From NCBI GenBank assembly GCA_963780185.1, contig CAWABA010000009.1:96001-160000 (forward strand): 64,000 nt of DNA, written 5' to 3'. The DNA comes from Candidatus Bathyarchaeota archaeon. Its GTDB lineage: Archaea; Thermoproteota; Bathyarchaeia; Bathyarchaeales; Bathycorpusculaceae. Both the position numbers and the translations under genes were made by a program. The notes beneath the pieces are model-generated. The model did no database searches. It saw nothing but the letters and a program-made list of their open reading frames with translations, and was not told the DNA's origin. Below, in pieces: positions 40,084-49,583 of this stretch. The number at the start of each line of letters is the position of its first letter. Positions within the stretch are counted from its first letter, which is position 1.

Positions 40084-41844
40084 TTACTCTGAACCGCTTG
40101 GAGCTGAAGAGCTTGCTTCGGAGCTTTCTGAACCCGATGAGCCTTCAGATCCTTTCTCTGAGCCTCCTTCTCCACCTTCGTGTCCGCCTTCTTCGCCTTC
40201 CAAACCAGCTTTCTTCTTCACCCAATCTCCAGCTTGCTCTGGCGCTAACCCTTTGATTTTGTCTTTTGTGGCTTCAACTGCGAAGTCGTTTAGGTTATGC
40301 ACGTGGTCTTCTTCGTTGATGTAGTGAACAAACTTTCCAGCGTCGCTTTCGTGACCAAGCGTATGTTCTAAGCCGTGCCACATGGCGTGTTCAAGCAGTT
40401 TTTCTCCGACTTTGATGCCGCCTTTCTCGAGTCCCTGCTTGAATCCCCCCTCGGCAGCGCCTTCCGCAAACTCCGAAGTTGCCTCGTAGGCATCTGCAAC
40501 GGTTCGTCCGCCGGGCACGGTGTATTTTCCAACCCAAATTGCCCAGTCAGCGCCTTTCTTGGTGTATTCGGCGGCGTGCTCCAGCTTCTCGAAGCCTTCG
40601 GCTTTGCTGATTTCATGCTCAGCTTCCCACGAGTTGAATTCGTTCTCGTCTTTGTAGTAGTCTTTCCAGAATTTCTTGGTCTCGTCATGCAGGTGTTCCT
40701 GCTGATCGTGAAGCGCCTTGTCATCGTTTGCCGCCTTAATCTTGTCGTCGTTGATTGATTTCTGTGCGTCTTTCTGGAAATCTGACATGTATTTCTCGTT
40801 GATTTCCTGTTGTTGCTTGGCTTGGTTTATCTCGTCAATGTCTGGGGGTTCTTGCTGGGGTGGAGTTGTCGGTGGGGTGTCAGTTGTTGGTTCTGGTGCA
40901 GTTGGAGCGCTTGGCGGCGAGGTTTGGTCTGCTGGTGGGTTTCCTGAATCGCCAGAGTCCCCTGAGGAAACGCTTGTGGTTATGACTCCTGCACTTACGC
41001 TGGCAACTACTCCTGATAAGACGCTTGCTACGGCGTGGTGTGCTTCTTCAAAACCGGTGCTGAAGTCTTGGAACTGAATTATGGAGAAGTTGAGGTGTAT
41101 GTTGTGGAGTTGAGTTAAGAATAAGGCTATTGCAAAGAATGGCATGATTGACATTAGAGCGGTTGTTTTTTGACTTGTGGGGCTAATCGGTTTGGGCGTA
41201 GGGATTTTGAGGATGCGGCGCAGGAAGAACCTGTCCACTATGATTAGAACCAAGCCGATCCACCCGAGGAAGTAGCCTGCTGCATAAGAGGAAGTTAGGA
41301 CGGCATGGGTAGGAACTGCTGCAGATGCGATTGTTGGCGAAATCGTGTACAAGACTAAGCCAAAAAATGCGATGAGGAAGTTTTTTCTTTTGTAGAGATT
41401 TAGGCTTCCCCAAAACATCAGAACAACGCTTAACGCAACAATGATTGGTATGCCGGGGAAAACGTCGCTGGCTGGTGCATTGCTGATAATGTTCTGTGGT
41501 TTCACAATCATGATGCTTAAGTACTTCATCAGAGTGTCTGGGTTGTGTCCTGAAGGCAGCAAAAGCCCGACCCCAGCATCTGCCACGGGAATCAACATAA
41601 TCATCATAAAGCAAAGGCGAGCTACAATAGGGAACAAGGTTGTGACGGTTGCTTGCCAAGGTTTTATTGGAAGATGAAACTTTTTGAGGAAAGTCAACAA
41701 AGCAAGCCCGAGAATTGTCGAAAGCACCACTCCTACTGCGCCGTCAACGAAGACGCCTATTATGAAGCCCAGTGCGATTACAAGCAGGTAGGGTCTGCCG
41801 TCTTTTGTTAGAAGCCACTTAATTTTCGCGATAAGTTTCTGCAT
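40084..41844 (-). CDS. multi-TM protein with Pro linker and charged His/Glu-rich C-terminal domain
   Basis: about 7 TM, then PPT/PPQ linker and helical domain; start uncertain (41844-41901). Confidence 0.75.
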   Translation of the reverse strand: MQKLIAKIKWLLTKDGRPYLLVIALGFIIGVFVDGAVGVVLSTILGLALLTFLKKFHLPIKPWQATVTTLFPIVARLCFMMIMLIPVADAGVGLLLPSGHNPDTLMKYLSIMIVKPQNIISNAPASDVFPGIPIIVALSVVLMFWGSLNLYKRKNFLIAFFGLVLYTISPTIASAAVPTHAVLTSSYAAGYFLGWIGLVLIIVDRFFLRRILKIPTPKPISPTSQKTTALMSIMPFFAIALFLTQLHNIHLNFSIIQFQDFSTGFEEAHHAVASVLSGVVASVSAGVITTSVSSGDSGDSGNPPADQTSPPSAPTAPEPTTDTPPTTPPQQEPPDIDEINQAKQQQEINEKYMSDFQKDAQKSINDDKIKAANDDKALHDQQEHLHDETKKFWKDYYKDENEFNSWEAEHEISKAEGFEKLEHAAEYTKKGADWAIWVGKYTVPGGRTVADAYEATSEFAEGAAEGGFKQGLEKGGIKVGEKLLEHAMWHGLEHTLGHESDAGKFVHYINEEDHVHNLNDFAVEATKDKIKGLAPEQAGDWVKKKAGLEGEEGGHEGGEGGSEKGSEGSSGSESSEASSSAPSGSE

Positions 41845-42092
41845 CAATGACTGAGCTTGATTTTGGATTGGTGCACTAAGTCGCCTACTTGTTTGTTGCA
41901 CTGCCGAGATTCCCCTTGTACCCCCATAATCAAAGTTTTTACTATATAATAATTGTGACTTTGCAAACTGTATTGATAAATTAATTTTAATTGACAAATT
42001 CTATTAGTTTAGGTATTTTTGACTTACCTGTCGGCTTTTTCGGGCGTAACATCAATTATTCTGTGGCTTTCCTGTGCAAGGTTTCAGAAATT

Positions 42093-42124
42093 AAAAAAAG
42101 GAAAAAGGGGAATAGAGGTTTCAC
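42093..42124 (-). terminator. pyrimidine-rich terminator
   Basis: CCCCTTTTCCTTTTTT just after the stop codon. Confidence 0.55.
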
Positions 42125-43981
42125 TTAGCTTGTGACTGTAGTTCGTGGTCTGTTTCCGCGGCTTCTCAGCGCCAGTACCGCTCCTGCGATGATTATGACA
42201 ATTATGACGACGACTAAGCCGTAGATGTAGCCTTGAGGTATGCCGCTTGTCTTTGGTGAGGGCGTTGGCGTAGCGGTCCGAGTTGGGGTTGGAGTTGCGG
42301 TGGGTTTAGTTGTTGGAGTCGACGTTGCTTTTGGCGTTGGGGTCGGCGTAGGAGCCGAGGTTGGCGTTGGGGTGACGATTGATGGCGCGGTGGTGGGCGC
42401 CGTTGTTGGTGCTGGGGTTGGAGTAGGCGTTGGAGTGGGTGTCGGAGTTGGAGTTGGCGTTGCAGTTGGAGTTGGTGTGGGTGTTGGAGTTGGGGTTGCG
42501 AAAGGCGAGGTTTGCAATGCCAGCACTTGTCCAGAGATGCTTCCTGACGGCACAGCAGTCGACACGAAATTAACGTTAGATGTCACTTGGCTCACGGTCA
42601 CGGAAACTCCTGTTTGCTGCTGGGAGGTGTATCCCGTTTCTGTGACGTTGACCGTGTAGGTTCCTGTGCCAAGACCAGCTGAAATGACGTAGTTGCCGTT
42701 GCTGTCGGTTGTAGCAGATCCAGAGCCGCCTGTACCCTGCGCTGAAACAGATGCGCCGACTACGGGTCCGCCGCTTGAGCTTGTCACCTGCCCGCTTATG
42801 GTTCCTGACGGCGCCACCGTTAACTGGAAGTTTATGTTGGCTGTTGTTTGTCCTGCGGTGACGCTTACGCTGCCTGGATATGGGACAAATGAGGTTCCGT
42901 AGATTGCTTCGACCGTGTAGGTTCCTGTTGCTAAGTTAGTGTTGACTTGGTAGTTTCCAGACGAGTCAGTCGATGCAAAGCCAAAGCCGCCTGTCGAAGA
43001 GGAGACTAAGATGGCTACGCCTGAAATGGGCTGTCCATTTGCCAAGTTGGTGACGGTTCCCGAAATGATTCCTGAAGGGCTAAGTGCAATATTGGCTGTT
43101 GTGGTTGCGCCAGCTGTCACAGAGATTCCTGTCTGCGTGTTTGATAGGAAGCCTGTAGGGGACAATACTGTCACGTTGTATGTTCCCGTGGGCAGATTTG
43201 CGTTCAAGGTGTATTGTCCAACGGAATCTGTTGTTCCGAAAGCAGCAAAGTTTCCCGAAGCATCTACTGCTTCAACACTTATGCCTTGCAGAGTTGCGCC
43301 TGAATTCGCATTAGTAACTGTTCCAGTTATCACGCCTGACGAAGCGAGAGCAAAATTCACGTTGCTCGTCATTGTCCCTGCAGTCACGGCGACATTGCTC
43401 AGAGTGGTGTACAGGTACCCTGGTGCATATTCTACTGTAACATTGTATGTCCCGGTGGCAAGGTTTTGAATGATCTGGTAGTTCCCGTTGGCGTCGGTAA
43501 ACGCAAACTCGCCACTAATGCTCGTTCCCGTTGCATTGTAAGCATTAACTATTACGTTTGGCAAAGGCACGCCCGCCGAATCGGTAACCTGTCCAGAAAT
43601 GCCTCCTGAAACACTCAGGTAGACAATGACGTTTGCAGTTTGGGCTCCCGACGTCACAGCTACGTTGTCCGTTTGTCCATCAATATAGCCGGGTGCGGAC
43701 GCTGTCACGGAGTAGTTGCCTGTGCCGAGGTAGGTGGAGATAAGGTAGTTTCCCGAAGAGTCTGCGACTGCACCTCCTGACCCGCCATCGCCCGAAGCAG
43801 AGACAAGAGCGCCTGGAACAGGAACGTACGTCTGTGCTAAAGCGTCTTTGTAGGGTTGACTGTTGTTCGATGATTGAAATGCGTAGACTGAAGCACCTAT
43901 TAGCATCCCCAAGAGAACCATGGTCATCAACAGTTTCGCGATTGCCTTGTTTTTTGGCATGGAAAAGTCTGTTTTTTTCAT
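42125..43981 (-). CDS. surface protein with five carboxypeptidase-regulatory-like repeats, PT linker and TM anchor
   Basis: G.ISG.VT...TD..G.Y...L.TGTY.V repeats; (PT)n; TM plus basic tail. Confidence 0.88.
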   Translation of the reverse strand: MKKTDFSMPKNKAIAKLLMTMVLLGMLIGASVYAFQSSNNSQPYKDALAQTYVPVPGALVSASGDGGSGGAVADSSGNYLISTYLGTGNYSVTASAPGYIDGQTDNVAVTSGAQTANVIVYLSVSGGISGQVTDSAGVPLPNVIVNAYNATGTSISGEFAFTDANGNYQIIQNLATGTYNVTVEYAPGYLYTTLSNVAVTAGTMTSNVNFALASSGVITGTVTNANSGATLQGISVEAVDASGNFAAFGTTDSVGQYTLNANLPTGTYNVTVLSPTGFLSNTQTGISVTAGATTTANIALSPSGIISGTVTNLANGQPISGVAILVSSSTGGFGFASTDSSGNYQVNTNLATGTYTVEAIYGTSFVPYPGSVSVTAGQTTANINFQLTVAPSGTISGQVTSSSGGPVVGASVSAQGTGGSGSATTDSNGNYVISAGLGTGTYTVNVTETGYTSQQQTGVSVTVSQVTSNVNFVSTAVPSGSISGQVLALQTSPFATPTPTPTPTPTATPTPTPTPTPTPTPTPAPTTAPTTAPSIVTPTPTSAPTPTPTPKATSTPTTKPTATPTPTRTATPTPSPKTSGIPQGYIYGLVVVIIVIIIAGAVLALRSRGNRPRTTVTS

Positions 43982-44151
43982 TTTTAACACCAGAAAAATT
44001 TTTGCCCTTCTAGGCTCTTTTGGAAGGTAACTAATATAGAATTGTGATTGCAAAAAGAAGCCTCAAATTCTTTAGCTAAGAAAAACGGCGGAATGGCGAT
44101 TTTGACTGCTTACGTTTCCGAGGTTTTGGTGCGGCTTTCGCAACGGGGCTT

Positions 44152-44379
44152 TTAGAAAAACGTCTTTTTCTTGACGAAGGTTACGAGGAGGTAACCTATG
44201 TAGATGATGCTGAAGCCGATTAGACCGATTTCAGCGAAGCGGATTATGGGGTGGACTTCGCCGAGGATGAAGTATCCTTGTGTTGAGATGTCGTAGAAAG
44301 TCCAGCACATCATCAAAACGGCGCTGAACAGCGATGAAATGCCAACAACGTGGAAAACATCTTTCAAAGCAGCGAACAA
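44152..44379 (-). CDS. small two-TM membrane protein
   Basis: hydrophobic helices, basic tail. Confidence 0.6.
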   Translation of the reverse strand: MFAALKDVFHVVGISSLFSAVLMMCWTFYDISTQGYFILGEVHPIIRFAEIGLIGFSIIYIGYLLVTFVKKKTFF

Positions 44380-44607
44380 GCCAAGTCCACCCGCCGTTTC
44401 TTTCTAAGGCGCATCAAAGGCTCTGAGCAATAGAGCTCTCTCTCACCCTGGGAAATTGAATTCAAATCCCTCTCCTCCCTCTTCCGCTTTTTGAATGCAT
44501 CGTATGGTACTTAATCTTTACTGAATAACACTGGAAAATCGAAAAATCCATGTCGAGATTCAGGCAGAAAACAAGGTTGGAAAAACCTGCGTTGACAACT
44601 TTTCCGT

Positions 44608-44832
44608 TTATAGCTGGGTGGTTTCGCTGACTTTTTTGGCGATTGCCTCGACCTGTTCAGGCGTAAACCGTTCCTCTTGGCATGACGGGCACCTGAGAGC
44701 TTTCACGTTATGCAAAACAACGCCGTCTACTTCAAAGTCGAATTCTACCTCAACATATTCGACGCAGCACACGGGGCAAAGCAACGCGCCAGCCTTGGTG
44801 CCTGCCGCTTTATTGCGTGAATTTTTTTCCAA
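44608..44832 (-). CDS. YgiT/MqsA-type zinc finger small protein
   Basis: CPVC...NVKALRCPSCQEE.FT.E. Confidence 0.7.
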   Translation of the reverse strand: MEKNSRNKAAGTKAGALLCPVCCVEYVEVEFDFEVDGVVLHNVKALRCPSCQEERFTPEQVEAIAKKVSETTQL

Positions 44833-45292
44833 GCTCTTCTGCCCAAGCCTCTACCTTAGCCATGTCCGTATTGTCTAACATGGTTTTTCTGAAGTATCTG
44901 ATGCGTCCGCCGAAAGCTTCTGTCGAGACGGGATTGATGTTTGGGTATTTGGTGAGGGTTTTTTCGACGAATTTGGCTTTTGCGTTTTCGTAGCTTCCCG
45001 GTGTACCTGCCCATGAAGAGGAAACAAAAAAAGCCACCTGTTTGCCGCTGAGGTCGTTTTTTAGAAACTTTAGTGTTTTGCTGTAGACTCTGCCGCCTCT
45101 GACGCCTCCGCCGACAATTACGCTTTGGTATTGTGCTAAGTCAAGGGGTTTTTGTTCTTTAAGGTCAACCAAATCAACTTCCAGCTGGTATTTGGAGCGC
45201 AAAACATCCGCGATTTTCCGTGCAGACTCTTCAGTCGCGCCGATTTTAGTCTCATAAGCGATAAGGGTTTTGCCGCGGGTTTCAGAAGCCAT
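44810..45292 (-). CDS. flavodoxin-domain protein (HemG-like)
   Basis: LIAYETKIGATEE.A.KIA, VAFF, FGG, WAEEL. Confidence 0.85.
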   Translation of the reverse strand: MASETRGKTLIAYETKIGATEESARKIADVLRSKYQLEVDLVDLKEQKPLDLAQYQSVIVGGGVRGGRVYSKTLKFLKNDLSGKQVAFFVSSSWAGTPGSYENAKAKFVEKTLTKYPNINPVSTEAFGGRIRYFRKTMLDNTDMAKVEAWAEELGKKFTQ

Positions 45293-45642
45293 TAAACGCC
45301 ACTGCCATGTGACTCTTCAGGTGGCGCGATTCTGGCACCGCAGTTGTTGCAGAAGACTGCTCCAGTTGGGTTCTTCGAATTGCATTTGGGGCAGGTGACG
45401 GTTGGCTGAGAAGGGTTTCCCCCAAGGTCTTCCCTCGCCTTCTTGATGGCTGCATGGGTTTCTTTGGCTGCAAGAGTAAACGCTCTTTCAAGTTCTACCC
45501 CTACACTGTAAAAAGCATCTGTCAACTGGTCGGCCGGATAAACCACTTTGGCGGCTTTACCTTTCAGGGTTTTAGTGCCACATTTCGCACAGAAATTTGC
45601 GTCATCAGCGATTTTTTCGCCGCACTTAGTACAATAAGACAA
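45292..45642 (-). CDS. double zinc-ribbon protein
   Basis: four CxxC pairs at the two termini. Confidence 0.85.
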   Translation of the reverse strand: MSYCTKCGEKIADDANFCAKCGTKTLKGKAAKVVYPADQLTDAFYSVGVELERAFTLAAKETHAAIKKAREDLGGNPSQPTVTCPKCNSKNPTGAVFCNNCGARIAPPEESHGSGV

Positions 45643-45935
45643 ACATTTTCACCGCTGATTAGCATGTTAGACTCCAAATTTAAGCCTTTATCAAAACAAA
45701 ACACGTGCCTGTGTAGTGAGTGAAAAATAAACTTAAATTCCGATAGCGGGCTATACTATGAACAAGACAAAGTTGGCTTCAAATGACTCAAAGCAAGAAA
45801 CCCTATGAGATACTTCTCAGAAATATCAAAGCTGATGACAAAATTCTCAGGGGATTAAATAACAGCGCTGTCAAAACCAAAAATTGATTGGTGCCTTAGT
45901 CCGAAAACAAAGAAAGAAAAAAAAAGAATAATTAC

Positions 45936-47297
45936 CTATTCTACGAGTTTTTGTTTGGCTTCTCCGATCAGCTTTACGGTTTGCAGTCGCCATGGCTCAA
46001 AGCCTTGCGGTGTCGCTGGGTAACTGTTGTAGTGCGCACCTAAGCCCCGCATCATCACGACGGTTGAGCGCAGTTTGGTTAGGAATCCGACGCGTCGTAT
46101 GCCTCTGAAGACCCGTTTGGCGGTTTCGGTGATGTTTAGGTGGAAGTCGTCTCCCATGCCTGCTCTAAGCACGTCGTCTTCAGTCATGAGTTTCTCGTTC
46201 ATGCCGTAGTTGAGGTCTTCGTCGCTGCATGACAAGAGGAACATTTTGAAGATGTCCAGAGTTCCCTGTTTTTTGCCGTAGGTTTCAATGTATTTCTTGT
46301 TGTAGCCCCAGAGCGCCTCTTTTGTCGGTTCACCTTTGCCGAGGGCTTCAACGATTTGTTTTCCCGCTAAGTGGCCGCTGAGCATTGAGGGTCCGATGCC
46401 GCCGCCGTGAATTGGGTTAACCAATGAAGCAGCGTCTCCGACTAATACGACACCGTTAGAAACCATGTTGTCCAAAGGTCTGCGGACAGGGTCAAACCAT
46501 GCTCCGCCGGTTAAAACCGTGGAACCCTTAAAAATTGGCTTCTTAAAGGCTGTTTCATAGAGTTGCTGTTTGGGATTAGGATAGTTTTCGCGCATGCAGG
46601 TGCCTATGCCAACGTTTACTCGTGCGCCGCCTTTGGGGAAAATCCAGATGTAACCGCCAGGGGATGCTTTTTGGTTGAGGTAAATTTCGCAAAAAGTCGT
46701 GTTGGCTGTTTCCTGTTTAAGTTGGCGGATTTCGCGGTAGCAGGCTTCGACATCTTCGTTTGCTATGTAGCGGTCTATGCCCATCTCGGCTGGGAGTTGC
46801 TTGCGTACCATGCCAAAGTAACCCGTAGCATCAACCACAACTTTGCTGCGTAACTCCAGTGTTTTGTCTGCCTTCATGTTTTTGGCGGTTAAACCTACCA
46901 CTGCGCCCTTCTCAATTATGGGTGAGCGGAAGTTTAGGTTATCTTCAAGAACTGCGCCTTTGTCTGTTGCCTTTTTGAGTAGCCATTGCCCAAAAAGCCG
47001 TCTGTTCAACAGGTAACCGACGAAGTCTTTGTCAGCAATGGTGAAAACCGTACTTTCGTCGGGTGAGTAGATTTTGATTCCGTCGATTTTTGCCTCCAAC
47101 TCACCGCCTGTGGGTTTTTCCAAGCCCAAAAATTTAAGGTGATGCTCGCCCAAGGCGTCGCCGCAGATTTTTTCTCCTATTTGGTCCCGCGGCTTCTTTT
47201 CGATTATGCATACTTTTAAGCCTGATTCAGCGATGGTTTTTGCTGCTAAGCAGCCTGCTGTTCCAGCGCCTACTACTATTGCGTCGTATTTTTCCAT
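45936..47297 (-). CDS. digeranylgeranylglycerophospholipid reductase (GGR family)
   Basis: GAGTAG, KICGD, PGGYIWIFPK, GDAA..VNP..GGGI. Confidence 0.9.
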   Translation of the reverse strand: MEKYDAIVVGAGTAGCLAAKTIAESGLKVCIIEKKPRDQIGEKICGDALGEHHLKFLGLEKPTGGELEAKIDGIKIYSPDESTVFTIADKDFVGYLLNRRLFGQWLLKKATDKGAVLEDNLNFRSPIIEKGAVVGLTAKNMKADKTLELRSKVVVDATGYFGMVRKQLPAEMGIDRYIANEDVEACYREIRQLKQETANTTFCEIYLNQKASPGGYIWIFPKGGARVNVGIGTCMRENYPNPKQQLYETAFKKPIFKGSTVLTGGAWFDPVRRPLDNMVSNGVVLVGDAASLVNPIHGGGIGPSMLSGHLAGKQIVEALGKGEPTKEALWGYNKKYIETYGKKQGTLDIFKMFLLSCSDEDLNYGMNEKLMTEDDVLRAGMGDDFHLNITETAKRVFRGIRRVGFLTKLRSTVVMMRGLGAHYNSYPATPQGFEPWRLQTVKLIGEAKQKLVE

Positions 47298-47389
47298 GTT
47301 TTTCTCTCCAAACGCTTCGCTGTATTTTGTATACCATGTTGTATATGTAAACCTTAATAAAGTGTGAAGTGAGCTAAACCACACCGAGT

Positions 47390-47834
47390 GTGGAACAAAT
47401 GAGTACTCCCTTAACTCTAAGCGCGGAATTCCGCAAAATCGTTGAAGCCCGAATGAACCAAGTCCTCAAAGGCGTAGAAGTCACATTCAACCAAATAATC
47501 GAAACCCAAAAAATAACTCCCGCCGAACTCAAAGAAGAAATCGACAGCCTGCAAGAAACCTTCAACCTGCTTTTCCAAAAATGGAGCCTCGAAATACTCT
47601 ACACACTGCTGCTTAAGGATGTCAGCGGCTTTGGAGAAATCAAAAAGAATTTTGAGGGTGAATTCGCGGACGCTTTCGGACAAGCTAAAAATGCTGTCAG
47701 CGCACGGCTACATAACCCGAAATGTTTCGGCTGGTCCGCCGCTGCGAGTGGATTATGCGTTGACGGGTAAGGGAAAGAACACTGTGCTTCTGGCTTTGCC
47801 GCTTCTTTACTATTCAAGCAGCATCCGAAGTTAA
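47390..47834 (+). CDS. HxlR-type winged-helix regulator (frameshift near 47645)
   Basis: KWSLEIL, NSRTLSDKLK, PPLRVDYALT.KG. Confidence 0.85.
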
Positions 47835-48347
47835 GGCTTAGACTGCTTCTTTTCAATCTCTTTGTTGGCTTGCGGCAGGCTCGTGGTTTCCTTCACAGTT
47901 TCAAAAACCATGCATGTCAGCGTCTTCTCTAAACCCTTAATCAGCCGCAACTTATCAACAACGAATCTGCCGACTGCATCCACGTTTTCCGCGCGAAGCT
48001 TCACCAGCAAATCCCAGTCGCCAGTGATTATGTGGACTTCTTGGACTTCGGGGAACCGCGCAATTTCTTCGGCTACGGCTCTTTGGGAAACTGGGGCGCC
48101 GTTGGTTTTTGTGGTGTAGGAGACTGAGGCTAAGATGAATGCGGATGTGCCTAGGTTCAGTTTTTCTGGGTTAGAGGATGGCTCTGTACTGTTTTATTAT
48201 GCCTTGTTCTTCCATGCGTTTTATTTTTGCGAAGACGGTGGTGATGGGGGTGTTGATTTTTTTGGCGATTTGGTTTGCTGTTAGTTTGCTGTTTTCTTGT
48301 ATGAGTTGGAGTATGGCTACGTCTTTTTCGTCGAGTTTTGAGCTCAT
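47831..48347 (-). CDS. Lrp/AsnC-family regulator (one frameshift near 48175, not in ORF track)
   Basis: translated by hand: LDEKDVAILQLIQENSK..IKRMEEQGII..EVHIITGDWDLLVK. Confidence 0.88.
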
Positions 48348-48467
48348 ATGTAAATATTACAAGTGCTTACTATAAAATATTGTGTTTTATTGTAATTTAT
48401 CCATGTTTTATTATAAAAAATTTATTATCTGCGTTCGCACAATGTAGCTTCAACAAACGAAGAGGAA

Positions 48468-49450
48468 TTGAACAAAATGAAAGGCACACAGAACACAATC
48501 CAAATGCCAAAAACCCTAGACCAACTAACACCCAGCGAACTGGAAAGAAAAGCCTGCATAGGCAAAGTAATGACTTACACACTCAATAGCCTAACCTCAA
48601 CATTCGTAGGCGAAGGCTTCCAGTGGCTTCTTCCTGTGGCTCTGAGCCAAAGCACCGACCCGCTCTGGCCTGACCCAGGCGCATCAATCGAGAAAAGAAT
48701 CGAAGTAGACATCTACGGAAAACCCGTACGCACAACCGCAAGCATGATCATCCACAAACTCGTCGCCGCCTCAACAGCCTACCCGAAACTCTTCATACTT
48801 TCACCTAACATACGCATCGAAAAAGCTGAACGCGCAAAAACAGGCAAACACATCTACGAGTTCACGCAACTCGACTTCGAAGCCCGAGACGCCACCTCAA
48901 AAGAAATCCTCACCCTTGTAGAAGGCGCAATCTGCAAACTTGTCAAAGACCTAAAGAAAGACATGAAAGGCGAATTAACCACGCTGTGCCGATGCGACAC
49001 GCTCAAAGCGCCGAAGGCTCCATTCAAAGTCTACGACCGCGTAGAACTTGAGGCAAAGTACGGTGCAGACGGTTGGGAAGCAGGCATATCTGCAGACATC
49101 AAAAGAACCAGTTTGGGTTACAAACATTCCGACGGGAATTCTACGATTTCGAAGACTTCAAGACTGGCAAATGGGACAACTATGACTTGTTCCTGCCGCA
49201 GTTCGGCGAGGTACTTTCAGGCGCCAAACGAGAATGGGAATACAGCAAAATCTCAAAGAAAATCGAGCGCGACCAAGTCAAAAAGGAAAACTACGCGTTG
49301 ATTCTGAAGATGGCTAAAGAAGGCCGGCTTAAACCCACTGCTGGCGGCGGAATAGGCCTCGAACGTTTAGTCGGCTGGATTGCAGGCGTCAAACATGTCG
49401 CTGAATGTCAACCGTTCCCGAGGATTCCTGGAACTGTAAATGAACTCTGA
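48468..49450 (+). CDS. asnA: archaeal asparagine synthetase A, AsnRS-like (indels near 49100-49130)
   Basis: TDPLWPDP, SMIIHK, SPNIRIE, EFTQLDFE, GGGIGLERL. Confidence 0.9.
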
Positions 49451-49583
49451 TTCTATGTAAAGAAACGGATTGGCGAACGATACAATCCTCAACTTTTCTT
49501 TTAATTGCGAAAAGTTTATCTTTACTTATGCAACCATCAGAAAGGAAAACGTTTAATCATAAAATGTTGGAGATTGAAAGGAA

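Noticed and set aside
42240-42500. Microsatellite-like GTTGGA/GTTGGG runs and antisense Val/Gly ORFs (also 54440-54700 and 63789-63995)
   Set aside because: Codons of Pro/Thr linkers on the opposite strand
44455-44490. TTCAAATCCCTCTCC as a second tRNA-like att site bounding an island with 37933
   Set aside because: No T-stem pairing and too little identity with the first remnant
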